From: an uncultured archaeon
Lineage (GTDB): Archaea; Aenigmatarchaeota; Aenigmatarchaeia; QMZP01; JACQNV01
Length of the DNA: 64,000 nucleotides
Direction: 5' to 3'
NCBI GenBank assembly: GCA_964410585.1
Contig: CAYPFW010000001.1
Location: 512,001 to 576,000, forward strand
Part shown: piece by piece, positions 18,911-29,147 of the stretch
Layout of the letters: every line of letters starts with the position of its first letter
Position numbering within the stretch: the stretch's first letter is position 1
Position numbers and translations under genes: made by a program
The notes under the pieces: generated by a model
The model's input: the letters and a program-made list of their open reading frames with translations, nothing else
Database searches by the model: none
What the model was told of the DNA's origin: nothing

Positions 18911-18970
18911 CTATCCTTTTTCTTTTCAAAAAAGAAAAAGTATACCGTACCCAAAAAGAAAACGGTATAC
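18910..18970 (+). repeat. Family 3 palindromic element, copy 1
   Basis: GCTATCCTTTTTCTTTTCAAAAAAGAAAAAGTATACCGTACCCAAAAAGAA, nearly matching 35937-35983. Confidence 0.6.
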
Positions 18971-19070
18971 AAATTTTAAAATTAGATGTAAGTATGTCTT
19001 AACATACTTCTGATTTGTCTTTGCTATTCAATGATCAAAGGCATAAAAAGCTTATTATCAAATAATTCTT

Positions 19071-19559
19071 ATGAACAAAACACTGACTTCTATAAGAAAT
19101 TTTGCATACAAAACAGTAGACGAAATCGGTTATCGGGTAGGGGGATTTATTCCGCCACTTTTAGTTGGTTATATGATTTTTAGTCTTGGTTCACATAATG
19201 GGTGCCTGGATTCTGACAGAACAGGGGGAGCTTTGAGACACCAAAACCCAAGTAACCCAATCAAGACTGTAGTTTCTGTTGAAGAAGAATGGAGTGATAA
19301 TTCAGCATTGAGCATGATTTCTGGCGGAGTCTACAATCCACATGTTAGGAGAGAAATCACTTTCGAGGATGGGTCTAAAGCAATGCTCAGCTACCGAACT
19401 CAAGCTTGGCAACCAATTAGGCGTTGGTTGAGAGGCGAGGAGTTTAATCCAAAACCAGGCGAAAAGTACGAAGTGGTTTCAGGGGATGTTGGAGAAATTG
19501 TTTGGTCAAAAGGATTAGAATTAAATAGGTTAGATAAGATTGTCAGAAGAGTTGAATAA
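19071..19559 (+). CDS. Hypothetical membrane-anchored protein
   Basis: N-terminal hydrophobic segment, beta-rich C-terminus. Confidence 0.6.
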   Translation: MNKTLTSIRNFAYKTVDEIGYRVGGFIPPLLVGYMIFSLGSHNGCLDSDRTGGALRHQNPSNPIKTVVSVEEEWSDNSALSMISGGVYNPHVRREITFEDGSKAMLSYRTQAWQPIRRWLRGEEFNPKPGEKYEVVSGDVGEIVWSKGLELNRLDKIVRRVE

Positions 19560-19589
19560 CAATTTATATCCACCAATCCAAATTTAATT

Positions 19590-19808
19590 ATGCAAAGTGT
19601 TGAAAGGGTTTTTGAAAAAATTAACAAAGAGCTTTCTCCAGAACACAAGGGAGAAATAGTTGCAATAGATTTGGATACAGGCAAATATTTTTTGGGGCAC
19701 ACTGAACTAGATGCATACAAAAAGGCGTCTAAAGAACTTCCCAAAAAGAAATTTGTGTTTAAGCGAATTGGTTTTGATTCTACACATTTTGTTGGCGGTA
19801 TTAATTGA
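19590..19808 (+). CDS. DUF5678-like small protein
   Basis: HKGEIVAID...DAYKKA...VFKRIG pattern. Confidence 0.65.
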   Translation: MQSVERVFEKINKELSPEHKGEIVAIDLDTGKYFLGHTELDAYKKASKELPKKKFVFKRIGFDSTHFVGGIN

Positions 19809-19876
19809 AAGATCTAAAAACATTCTCAAAGTTACAAAGCCAAAATAATATAAACCTTCTTCTACCGTATTAAACT

Positions 19877-22111
19877 ATGCCCCGAAAAACAACAAAACCA
19901 ACTGCAACTGAATCAAAGTTAGAAAAACCTAAAAAAAGCTTAAAAGAGGAGTCAATTGAAGAAAAACCAACTACACAAGAAACAAAAGCCACAAAACCAA
20001 AACTAGAAAAAACACCTTATCCTTACACTCTAATAATTTCTGAGAAACCAAACAGCGCAAAGAGGATAGCTCAGGCCCTTTCTGAAAAAGCTGAGAAAAT
20101 ATCGGACGGAAATGTTTCTTTCTACGAATTAGTTTACAAAGGCGAGAAAATAAGGGTTGCATCTGCTGTTGGCCACTTATTCACTTTGCAGGACAAAAGC
20201 GGTGGATGGACATATCCTGCTTTCAATGTCGAATGGACGCCAAGCTACCAGGCATCTGAATCATCTAGATTCACAAAAGCATATTTTGACATGTTGCAAA
20301 AGCTTGCAAAAAACGCGACAATGTTTATTAATGGTTGCGACTTGGATAGGGAAGGCGAGCTTATTTTCAGGAATGTTCTTAGGTTTATTTGTGGAAAAGA
20401 AGATGGGAAAAGAATGCGGTTTTCAACTTTGACAAAAGACGAATTGATACAAGCATATGAAAATGCAGCGCCTCATATTGATTTTGGTTTGGCAGAAGCA
20501 GGTGAAGCCAGACATATTATGGATTATTTTTGGGGTATTTCCGTCTCAAGGGCTTTGACAATTGCTTTGAGAGATTCTGGTGGATACAAAGTACTTTCAA
20601 CAGGAAGAGTTCAAGGCCCAACACTGGAAATACTCACAAAAAGAGAACAGGAGATAGGAAGCTTCAAGCCAGACCCATTTTGGGAAATCCTATCAAAACT
20701 AAAATTCAAAGACCAAGTTGTTGAAGCTCCACATGAAAAAGGCAAGTTTGAGAAAAAAGAAGAAGCTGAGGCTATTTTTAAAAAATGCAAAGGCAAGCCT
20801 GCTGCTGTTGATTCTGTAGACAAAAAAGAATACAAGCAAGCACCGCCAACACCTTTTGATTTAACAACTTTGCAAAGGGAATCTTACAATAACTTTGGGT
20901 TTTCCCCTAAAAGGACTTTAGACATAGCACAGACCTTGTACGAGGCCGCTCTTATCTCCTATCCAAGAACATCTTCACAAAAACTTCCAGCAAAATTAGG
21001 TTGGAAGGCTATACTTCAGCAATTAGCCAAAAACAAAAATTTTGAAAAGCAATGCGAACAGCTTTTGGCTAAACCAAATCTAAAACCAAACGAAGGCCCT
21101 AAAGAAGATCCTGCCCACCCTTCTATTTACCCAACTGGATTAAGGCCAGACAAACTCAATGTAGAGCAAGCAAAACTATACGATCTAATTGTGAAAAGAT
21201 TCCTTGCTGTTTTTGGCGAACCTGCAATAAGGGAGTCTCTCAAAGTTGGAATAAAAATAGAAGGCGAAAAATTCATAGCAACAGGTGTCAGGACAATAAA
21301 AGCAAACTGGATTGATTTGTACAAACCGTACTCAAAATTCAAAGAGGCCTTGCTCCCAGAAATCAAGAAAGGTGACAAGCCTGAAGTGGTGAGTTTGGAT
21401 TTGTTGGAAAAGCAAACGCAGCCACCAAAAAGATATACACAAGCTTCTATTTTGAAAAAGCTCGAAGATTTGAACCTAGGGACAAAAGGAACAAGGGCAA
21501 GTATTTTGCAAACTCTTTATGACAGAGGCTATATCCAAGACCAAACAATCACAGTTACTGAATTAGGTAAATCAGTTATTCATGCACTAGAGGCATACTG
21601 CCCTGAAATTGTTTCTGTTGAATTAACAGGACAGTTTGAAAAAGAAATGGAGCTCATAGATGCTGGTAAATCGAAAAAAGAGAAAATAATAGATGATGCC
21701 AAAAAATCATTGACAGAAATTTTGGAAAAGTTCAAAAAGAACCAAAAGGAGATAGGAAAAGAACTCTTGAAGGGAATGAGATCGGTGATGAAAGCAGAGA
21801 GTTATATTGGAAAATGCCAATCTGGAGGAAACTTGGAAATAAAAACATCAATGAACAACAAGCAGTTTGTCGGTTGCTCTGATTATCCGAAATGTACACA
21901 AACATATCCTCTTCCTCAAAAAGGCAGGATTTTCATCCAAAAAACACCTTGCCCTAAATGCGGTTTGAGCATACTTTCTATACGGCAATACAAGAAAAGG
22001 CCTTGGAACCTTTGCGTGAAAGACGGTTTTGTGAACATATCAACTAAGAAGCCAAAATCAGAAGATTCTGAAAAACCACAAACTGAAAAAGAAGAGACAG
22101 AAAGCGTATAA
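19877..22111 (+). CDS. topA: DNA topoisomerase I (type IA)
   Basis: SEKP, DLDREGE, GRVQGP, ISYPRT, C-terminal zinc ribbons. Confidence 0.96.
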   Translation: MPRKTTKPTATESKLEKPKKSLKEESIEEKPTTQETKATKPKLEKTPYPYTLIISEKPNSAKRIAQALSEKAEKISDGNVSFYELVYKGEKIRVASAVGHLFTLQDKSGGWTYPAFNVEWTPSYQASESSRFTKAYFDMLQKLAKNATMFINGCDLDREGELIFRNVLRFICGKEDGKRMRFSTLTKDELIQAYENAAPHIDFGLAEAGEARHIMDYFWGISVSRALTIALRDSGGYKVLSTGRVQGPTLEILTKREQEIGSFKPDPFWEILSKLKFKDQVVEAPHEKGKFEKKEEAEAIFKKCKGKPAAVDSVDKKEYKQAPPTPFDLTTLQRESYNNFGFSPKRTLDIAQTLYEAALISYPRTSSQKLPAKLGWKAILQQLAKNKNFEKQCEQLLAKPNLKPNEGPKEDPAHPSIYPTGLRPDKLNVEQAKLYDLIVKRFLAVFGEPAIRESLKVGIKIEGEKFIATGVRTIKANWIDLYKPYSKFKEALLPEIKKGDKPEVVSLDLLEKQTQPPKRYTQASILKKLEDLNLGTKGTRASILQTLYDRGYIQDQTITVTELGKSVIHALEAYCPEIVSVELTGQFEKEMELIDAGKSKKEKIIDDAKKSLTEILEKFKKNQKEIGKELLKGMRSVMKAESYIGKCQSGGNLEIKTSMNNKQFVGCSDYPKCTQTYPLPQKGRIFIQKTPCPKCGLSILSIRQYKKRPWNLCVKDGFVNISTKKPKSEDSEKPQTEKEETESV

Positions 22112-22176
22112 CAGTGTTATCTGCTCCTTTTAAATAACTATATTTTCTATTAATTAGTGGTATCATTTATGTATTT

Positions 22177-23088
22177 ATGAAAAGAAAAACAAGGAGAAAT
22201 GACAGACCAGAGGTTCGCAGCAAACCAAAACTAACAGGAGTTCAAAAACTTATACTTGCAGGCACGGCCACCGCTTCTTTAGCAATTGGTGGAGCAATTG
22301 CCTATCGCTCATTTTCAGAACCGAACAAGCCTCCTAGAGTAGAACAAAGAGCAAAAATTTCTTTCCAAGAGGCTCAAAGAGATGAGACCCTAAGACAAAG
22401 ATACATTGATCAAAAAGCATACCCATTAAGCAAAGAGTTTGACAGAAGTTTCAAAAGCAGAATTACCGAGGCCATTGTTTATGATCACGACTTCGGTCAA
22501 CTTGATGAGGCTTGCAGACTTGGTTTAGAAAAATATGGCGCCGATTCACCACAATCAACTTATTTTAGAAACATTATCAAGCAAAATCAAGAAAACAGGG
22601 AAAGAGAAAATCAAAAAATTTTAGGTATGACCATCTTGCCAACAGTTAATTTTGCTGAAGGTGGGGCAAGCGAGATTTATTTCTCAAAAGACTGTTTTAA
22701 TCCTGAACTTGTTGCATCTGAAGATGAATTTTTATCGCTTTTAGATCATGAGATGTTCCATGCAGCTTGCAATAATAAAGGAATGCCAATCAAACACGAA
22801 GTAGGAGCAAAATATGGTTTAGACTCTATTAGTGCAGTCGAATTCCTAAACCCAGATCTCGTTAGTGCATCCTTTGAAGTTGTTGCCTTTAATTTTCAGT
22901 TGAAAGAGATAGACGAAGGACGAAGAAAAGTGGGACCAGCTTTTAGGCAAAGAACAATCACTTCATACAATAATTATTATCAAACAATAAAATCCTTTGC
23001 TGATAGGAATGATGGATCATTGGATTCCAGATTTTCTTCTGCACTTATAGAATATCTAACATATCATCCTAGACTTAGAAAATACTAA
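22177..23088 (+). CDS. Membrane-anchored putative zinc metallopeptidase-like protein
   Basis: Basic N-terminus plus TM; LDHEMFHA (HExxH) with downstream FEVVAF. Confidence 0.55.
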   Translation: MKRKTRRNDRPEVRSKPKLTGVQKLILAGTATASLAIGGAIAYRSFSEPNKPPRVEQRAKISFQEAQRDETLRQRYIDQKAYPLSKEFDRSFKSRITEAIVYDHDFGQLDEACRLGLEKYGADSPQSTYFRNIIKQNQENRERENQKILGMTILPTVNFAEGGASEIYFSKDCFNPELVASEDEFLSLLDHEMFHAACNNKGMPIKHEVGAKYGLDSISAVEFLNPDLVSASFEVVAFNFQLKEIDEGRRKVGPAFRQRTITSYNNYYQTIKSFADRNDGSLDSRFSSALIEYLTYHPRLRKY

Positions 23089-23782
23089 ACTTGCTCGGCT
23101 TTATGCCGTCTTCGACAATTTGGAATTTTGTTGATTTTCCTTCTTCAATTGATCTATGCTTTGTAACAGTAGCCTTCCTTTCACCTGTTTTGTTTGTCCT
23201 TTCTAGCAGAACCATACACTTTGACCAATACTTCATCGAGTCTCCGCCGATGATTTCATTTTCTCCATTATCCCAGTTTTTGAATGTGTGCGCAGTGACC
23301 AAAACAGGAATCTTCCTTTCCTTTGCAATGTTTGAGAGGATGGAAAGTTGTTTTGAAAGTTCTCTGTTCGCCTCCATTCTCTCGCTATTCCATTGATCTG
23401 TAGAAGATTCGAGCCTGTACAAAGAAACAGCAGAATCTAGGATTATTAAGTCAGCATCTATGTTTTCTGTTTCTCTTATGAGCTTCGCTTGCTCTTGGAA
23501 ATTTTTTGGCTCAAGAAGTTTTATCTGCTCTAAGTATTTGTCATTTTTTCCGCTCAGTTGTCTAAACCGATCAAGAGAAAAGCTTCCTTCTGTATCTATG
23601 TATACAACCTGTCCACCCTGTTTGGCAATTTCAATTGCTGAAATCAAACAGATGTTTGTTTTTCCAGAACCAGGAGACCCATAAAAATTAGTGACTGCTT
23701 TTTTTTCCAAACCCTTCATCAGGCTAAAAAACGGCTCTGGCAAAAGCAAAAACCCAAGATCTTCTTTTTGCAAAGTTTCCAT
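23075..23782 (-). CDS. radB: DNA repair protein RadB
   Basis: GSPGSGKT, IDTEG, ILDS, KHRS motif; no RadA N-domain. Confidence 0.92.
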   Translation of the reverse strand: METLQKEDLGFLLLPEPFFSLMKGLEKKAVTNFYGSPGSGKTNICLISAIEIAKQGGQVVYIDTEGSFSLDRFRQLSGKNDKYLEQIKLLEPKNFQEQAKLIRETENIDADLIILDSAVSLYRLESSTDQWNSERMEANRELSKQLSILSNIAKERKIPVLVTAHTFKNWDNGENEIIGGDSMKYWSKCMVLLERTNKTGERKATVTKHRSIEEGKSTKFQIVEDGIKPSKFSIF

Positions 23783-23817
23783 ACATGATTAATAACACTT
23801 AGAATTAAAAACATATC

Positions 23818-25329
23818 ATGTACGTTCAGCATCATCTCATAAAAAAAGATTCTATAGAATCCAGAAGATATCAAGAAGCAATCCTGTCAACTTGTTTGAA
23901 TTCAAACACACTTGTTGTCCTACCAACTGGTTTGGGAAAAACACCAATTGCAGTTTTGCTCGCGGCGCACAGATTGGAAAAATTTCCAGAATCTAAAATA
24001 CTTGTTTTAGCTCCAACTAAACCATTGGCGAACCAACACTTGAAATCTTTTAAAAACTTTTTTGAGCTTCCTGAAGAAAAATTCGAAGTGATAACAGGCG
24101 AAATGAAACCAGAGAAGAGAGGCCAAATTTACAAACAAAAAGTTTTGCTCTTTGCTACACCTCAAACTATTAGGAACGATTTAGAAAATGGAACGTTGAA
24201 CCTAAAGGACTTCTCACTTCTTGTTGTAGATGAGATCCATCACTCTGTTGGTGGATATGCATATCCTTTTGTCGCCCAAAAATATTTAGAAGAGGCTGAA
24301 AACAAAAGGATTTTGGGTTTGACAGCATCTCCAGGGGGAACAAGGGAAAAAATAAAAGAAATTTGCAAAAACACTGGAATAGAAAAAGTGGAGATTCGCA
24401 CAGAAAATTCAGAGGATGTCCTCCCATACATCAAAGAAAAAACAGTTGAGTGGCTGAAAGTCGACCTTCCAGAATCCTTCCAAAGTTTGAGGGATATAAT
24501 CAACAAAACCTACAAAAGTAAAGTTGATGGTTTGAGAAAAATGCACCTTGTATATGGTAGGACAATATCCAAGAAACAACTTCTAGCAGCACAAATGGAA
24601 TTAGTAAAGTCAATGAAAGCAGGCAACCAAGGCGCTATAATTTCAATGTCAATTGTTGGGCAAGCTATTCGTTTAGAGCATGCTCTAACGCTTTTGGAGA
24701 CGCAAGGAATTTCTATTTTAGACAAATATTGGGAGAAACTTAGATTAGAGAAAAAGGCTGGCAGGCTTTTGGAGATGAAAGACGTTTCTAATGCAGTTTA
24801 TTTGACTCGACAATTGAAAGAAAGAGGTTACAGGCATCCAAAAATGGGCAAGATCTGTTCAATTGTTGATCAGCAATTGAAAGCAAATCCAGATTCTAAA
24901 GTAATTATTTTCGCAAACTACAGGGAAACTGTAAAAGAGATTGTTGATGTTTTGAAAAATGTTGAAGGCGCGAAGCCTGTCCAATTGGTTGGACAAAAAG
25001 AAGGGCTAACACAGAAAGAGCAAACAGAAGTTTTGCGCAATTTCAGCGAAGGTGTCTACAATGTTTTGATTGGAACCAGCATCAGTGAAGAGGGGATCCA
25101 CGTATCTGGTGCTGATCTTGCTATATTCTACGAAGCTGTGCCAAGTGAGATCAGAAACATCCAAAGAAGGGGAAGAGTTGGAAGGACAAATGTGAGCAAA
25201 ATTATTATTCTAATTACAAGAAATTCCCGCGACGAGGCATACTACTGGTCTTCGCAGAAAAAAGAAAAAGCAATGAAAGGAATTTTGCACGGCATGAAAG
25301 AGGAGACTACGTTGGGTGATTTTAAGTGA
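23818..25329 (+). CDS. Hef/FANCM-like SF2 helicase (no fused nuclease domain)
   Basis: RRYQ, PTGLGKT, DEIH, TASPG, QRRGRVGR, SRDEAYYW. Confidence 0.9.
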   Translation: MYVQHHLIKKDSIESRRYQEAILSTCLNSNTLVVLPTGLGKTPIAVLLAAHRLEKFPESKILVLAPTKPLANQHLKSFKNFFELPEEKFEVITGEMKPEKRGQIYKQKVLLFATPQTIRNDLENGTLNLKDFSLLVVDEIHHSVGGYAYPFVAQKYLEEAENKRILGLTASPGGTREKIKEICKNTGIEKVEIRTENSEDVLPYIKEKTVEWLKVDLPESFQSLRDIINKTYKSKVDGLRKMHLVYGRTISKKQLLAAQMELVKSMKAGNQGAIISMSIVGQAIRLEHALTLLETQGISILDKYWEKLRLEKKAGRLLEMKDVSNAVYLTRQLKERGYRHPKMGKICSIVDQQLKANPDSKVIIFANYRETVKEIVDVLKNVEGAKPVQLVGQKEGLTQKEQTEVLRNFSEGVYNVLIGTSISEEGIHVSGADLAIFYEAVPSEIRNIQRRGRVGRTNVSKIIILITRNSRDEAYYWSSQKKEKAMKGILHGMKEETTLGDFK

Positions 25330-25330
25330 T

Positions 25331-25813
25331 ATGCATCTAATTCTCAAAAAATCAACAAACACCAAAGGCGTTTTTGCCAACAAACATTTTGACAAAGGCA
25401 AAAAAATAATAGAGTTCAAAGGCAAACTTTTTACCTACAAGAAGCTTCCATATCCATACAACAAAGTTGAAGACCATTATGTCCAAATTAGCAAAAACCT
25501 GTACATGGGTCCGTCAAAGGGTTTGGATGATTTTATCAACCACTCGTGCAATCCAAACTCTGGTTTGAAAATCAGCGGAAAGAAAGCTGTATTGATTGCA
25601 ATTAAAGATATCAAAAGTGGTGAGGAAATTTGCTGGGACTATTCAACAACAATGAACGAGGATGATTGGGAAATGGATTGCAAGTGTGGATCAAAAAACT
25701 GTAGGAAAATAATAAGGGACTTCAAACATTTGCCGAAATTACTGCAGAAAAAATACACCAAACTTGGAATTGTTCCAAAGTATAATATTAGTTTTGTTTA
25801 TCAATTACAATAA
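25331..25813 (+). CDS. SET-domain lysine methyltransferase with post-SET motif
   Basis: KGVFA, FINHSCNPN, GEEICWDY, CKCGSKNC. Confidence 0.9.
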   Translation: MHLILKKSTNTKGVFANKHFDKGKKIIEFKGKLFTYKKLPYPYNKVEDHYVQISKNLYMGPSKGLDDFINHSCNPNSGLKISGKKAVLIAIKDIKSGEEICWDYSTTMNEDDWEMDCKCGSKNCRKIIRDFKHLPKLLQKKYTKLGIVPKYNISFVYQLQ

Positions 25814-26408
25814 CTTCCCCATCTTTTAGTGTTTTGAATTTTATTTTCTTTTTCTTGTAATATTCAACAACTTTGTCCATGTCTGCTGATTCTGGATGAT
25901 CTGACTTGTAATGGGGTACTATCATATAATCTATAATTCCTAAACCCTTCCAAATTGTTTTCTGCATGTACGGATTTTGAGATGGGTCATCTACTAATTC
26001 AAGGCCTTTGAAATTTGGTTCTAGAACACACATGCCTGCACTGTAACCCCCATACAACATATCTGTCTTTTTCAAATCTTCCAGAATTTTATCAAAACCG
26101 CTAAGCTTCATAGCTTGCCTCAGGACAAATGTATTACCTCCTCTAACCCAAATAACTCCAAACTCTTTGATTTTATTTTCCAAGTCTTTCTTTTTTCCAA
26201 AATATTTTCTAAGATCTAGGATTTCAGGTTTTAATCCAACAGATTTCAGATCCATAATGTCCAACTTTTCTCTTCTCCGTCTTCTTTTCGAATCATTTGA
26301 AAAATCAACTGCGTTTGCTATGTACGCTGTCTTTTTGTTTTTTGGAAATAGTTTTTTCAGCTTCCTAACTTCATTACCAAGACCCTGAGAAGATAAATAA
26401 AATTTCAT
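25788..26408 (-). CDS. Peptidase S51 (dipeptidase E) family
   Basis: VRGGNTF, GYSAG, VPHY. Confidence 0.88.
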   Translation of the reverse strand: MKFYLSSQGLGNEVRKLKKLFPKNKKTAYIANAVDFSNDSKRRRRREKLDIMDLKSVGLKPEILDLRKYFGKKKDLENKIKEFGVIWVRGGNTFVLRQAMKLSGFDKILEDLKKTDMLYGGYSAGMCVLEPNFKGLELVDDPSQNPYMQKTIWKGLGIIDYMIVPHYKSDHPESADMDKVVEYYKKKKIKFKTLKDGEVIVIDKQN

Positions 26409-26409
26409 A

Positions 26410-27186
26410 TCAATACTTCGTAATCGTCCCGTTTGTATATCCTTTCTTCAGGCCTCTGTTAAACAAGAAGCAGCCAATTGCAAAATAAACCAAAGCTGTT
26501 CCAACACCTGCTACAAATTCTATTAGTTCTGTTCCAGTTCCTGTCAAAGCTGATCTCATTGAATTAATTGCATGTGTTGATGGAAGAGCATATGCTATAT
26601 CTGATATTGGATGAGGCAAAACACTGACAGGATAATAAACCCCAGAAAAAATCATAACTATTCCAGTGAGCATCCAAACAAGCGATAGATATTTTTCACC
26701 ATAAGCTAACATGAGCGCATCAATCATCAAGCCAATTGAAACTGCAAAAATAAAAACAGTCAATAGGTTAGCTAAGTATGGTCCTGCTGCAAAAATGTTG
26801 AACCCAAAAATCAAAAATCCTACAAAACCAACTAGCACAAATGCGATTGTCGAGCTATACAGGCCAAACATTGAGTTTCCAGCTACGAAATGTTTTACTG
26901 CAGATTTTCCAGAAAACCCATGCTTCAAACATGTGTTCCAAATATCCATGGTCACTGCATAGGTGATTGCTCTCTGAGACAAGTCATAAAAATTCCACAT
27001 AATTACACCAACAAAAACAAAAAGCATCGAGTCTATTGGAGCGCCTTTTTGGATTATGAAAAAAACCAATAAACCGATAGACAGAAGGCCTATAAACGGG
27101 TGCAAGAATATCCAGGCTAAATCTGCTGGCCTTCTCTTCATTATCACTTTGTGTTTGTAAAAGTGTGCTGATATTTCCTCTAACAT
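26410..27186 (-). CDS. ABC-2 type transporter permease
   Basis: Six TMs; FSGVYYPVSVLP...ALPSTHA. Confidence 0.88.
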   Translation of the reverse strand: MLEEISAHFYKHKVIMKRRPADLAWIFLHPFIGLLSIGLLVFFIIQKGAPIDSMLFVFVGVIMWNFYDLSQRAITYAVTMDIWNTCLKHGFSGKSAVKHFVAGNSMFGLYSSTIAFVLVGFVGFLIFGFNIFAAGPYLANLLTVFIFAVSIGLMIDALMLAYGEKYLSLVWMLTGIVMIFSGVYYPVSVLPHPISDIAYALPSTHAINSMRSALTGTGTELIEFVAGVGTALVYFAIGCFLFNRGLKKGYTNGTITKY

Positions 27187-27187
27187 A

Positions 27188-27358
27188 TAACTCTTTTCTC
27201 AATCAACATCTCACGTAGTGCATTGGATGATGAGATGTCTCGTGTCACAATATAATCAAGAGACACTAAAGGGGTTAATCGAAAACAGGAGGCTAAATTT
27301 TCTTCATCTTCGGATTCGAAAATTTTTGCGCCTTCCACAATCTCCATTTAACCCTTTA
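27188..27358 (-). repeat. Family 1 element, copy D (with nested family-2 insert 27206-27266)
   Basis: TAACTCTTTT..[insert]..AAAGGGGTTA-ATCGAAAACAGGAGGCTAAATTTTC...GAAAATTTTTGCGCCTTCCA, between the ABC ATPase and permease genes. Confidence 0.85.
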
Positions 27359-27366
27359 CAACAAAG

Positions 27367-28308
27367 CTATTTGACCTCCCCCGATCCAACAATTTTCAAA
27401 AACATTTCTTCTAGACTTGCCTTTCTTATTTCAATGTCTAAAACTTTAATACCCTGCTTTTTGAAAAACGCTTCTAATTTGTTAGCTAAGCGCAAGCCGT
27501 CTTCTGCTTCTATGTACAAACCATCCAAAACCTTGTATGACAAAACACCTTCCATCTTTTTCAAAAAGTTGAGATTCTTGTACTCTGAAAGATACAAATG
27601 AACAATGTCTGGAAATTTCATCTTCTTCCTTATTTCAGGTATTGTTCCTTCCTCAACTATTTTTCCTTGGTCTATGATAGCTATCCTATTACACATTTCC
27701 TCAACTTCATTCAAATGATGGGAGGTTAGTATCACTGTCATCTTGTTTTCCTTTACTTTTTTAATGATGAATTTCCTGACATCTATTGCAACTTCAACAT
27801 CCAAACCAGTTGTAGGCTCATCTAGGAAAAGAATCTCCGGTTTGTTTATCAGGGCCTTTGCAACTGCTATTTTTTGTCTCATTCCTGTTGACAAATCGCT
27901 GAACATTTTATTTTCAAATGGCTTCATGTTCAAGTCTTCTATAAGCTGCATTATTGTCTCGCGCCTTTCCTGTTTCTTGATCCCATAAAGCTTTCCATAA
28001 TATTCTAATATCTCAAAAGTCTTCATTGTCCAATAAAAGAAGGACCCACCCATGCAAAGGCCCATTTTATTTCTTATTTGTTTTTTCTCCTTCACAACAT
28101 CATATCCAAGGATTGTGGCCTTTCCAGAAGTCGGCAAAAGCATTGTTGAAAGGATAAAAATGGTTGTTGATTTTCCAGCACCATTTGGACCGAGCAAACC
28201 AAACACTTCACCCTTCTTTATTTTCAGGTCTATCCCTTTCAGTGCATGTGTTATTTCCTTCCCTTCTTTGAAAGTTTTTTTCAGGTTTTGGGTTTCGATA
28301 GCATACAT
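27367..28308 (-). CDS. ABC transporter ATP-binding protein
   Basis: GPNGAGKS, LSTGMRQ, FLDEPT; start MYAIET. Confidence 0.92.
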   Translation of the reverse strand: MYAIETQNLKKTFKEGKEITHALKGIDLKIKKGEVFGLLGPNGAGKSTTIFILSTMLLPTSGKATILGYDVVKEKKQIRNKMGLCMGGSFFYWTMKTFEILEYYGKLYGIKKQERRETIMQLIEDLNMKPFENKMFSDLSTGMRQKIAVAKALINKPEILFLDEPTTGLDVEVAIDVRKFIIKKVKENKMTVILTSHHLNEVEEMCNRIAIIDQGKIVEEGTIPEIRKKMKFPDIVHLYLSEYKNLNFLKKMEGVLSYKVLDGLYIEAEDGLRLANKLEAFFKKQGIKVLDIEIRKASLEEMFLKIVGSGEVK

Positions 28309-28340
28309 ACTGTTATATAGGAAAAACACGAATATTAATA

Positions 28341-29147
28341 ATGAAATATCTTTCGATTTTCCTAATTTTGATTTTGGCAGTTTCTGTGCAGGCTGCTTCT
28401 GAGCTTCCAAAACCTGAACCAAATACAAGGGTTTATGATTTTGGAGGAATTTTACAAAACAGCCTTGAATTGAATCAAGAGCTTTTGGCATATGAAAAAC
28501 AGACAACAGTAGAAATAGCCATAGTTACAGTTGAAAACATACCAACAGACTACACAATAGAGAGTTATGCGTTGGGGATTTTGGAAACTTGGGGAGTTGG
28601 TAAAAAAAGTGAGGATAATGGAATAGTTGTTTTAATCAACAAGGAAAGCTCGCCTGGGAGCAGGCTGAGGATAGAAACAGGATATGGAATTGAAGGTTAT
28701 ATTCCAGATGCAAAGGCTGGAAGAATTTTGGACAGAGCCCTTCCCTCATACACTTCTGGAAACTACTCTGAGGCAGCAAGAATAATTTTGGATGGACTAA
28801 AAGATGCTTTGAAAGATTATCAGCCGGGAAAACAGCCAGAACCAGATTACACAGAAGCACTGATTGAATTTCTTGCAAATTTTGGCATATTCCTGTTTTT
28901 CATTTTGATTTTTGTTGTAGTTGGTTTTTTCGGTAGGCCAAAGTGTCCACAGTGCAAATCTAAAAAACTTAAAAGCGATGGCGACTTCTATGTCTGCAAA
29001 AAATGCGGAAAAAGGTTCAAGAAACCAAAAGATAGGAGAGATGGAGCATTTGTTTATGTTGGTGGCGGCTCTGGTGGTTTTGGTGGAGGAGGCGGGGGAT
29101 TTGGCGGCGGTGGAGGTGGAGGCGGTGGTGCAAGCAGGATTTTATGA
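28341..29147 (+). CDS. TPM-domain (YgcG-like) protein with zinc ribbon and Gly-rich tail
   Basis: WGVGKKSEDNG, RIETGYGIEG, CPQC..CKKC, GGGFGGG. Confidence 0.88.
   Translation: MKYLSIFLILILAVSVQAASELPKPEPNTRVYDFGGILQNSLELNQELLAYEKQTTVEIAIVTVENIPTDYTIESYALGILETWGVGKKSEDNGIVVLINKESSPGSRLRIETGYGIEGYIPDAKAGRILDRALPSYTSGNYSEAARIILDGLKDALKDYQPGKQPEPDYTEALIEFLANFGIFLFFILIFVVVGFFGRPKCPQCKSKKLKSDGDFYVCKKCGKRFKKPKDRRDGAFVYVGGGSGGFGGGGGGFGGGGGGGGGASRIL

Noticed and set aside
28309-28506. N-terminal extension of the ABC ATPase
   Set aside because: It is antisense to the TPM gene; the real start is MYAIET at 28308.
29060-29132. GC-rich GGN repeat
   Set aside because: It encodes the normal Gly-rich tail of TPM/YgcG proteins.
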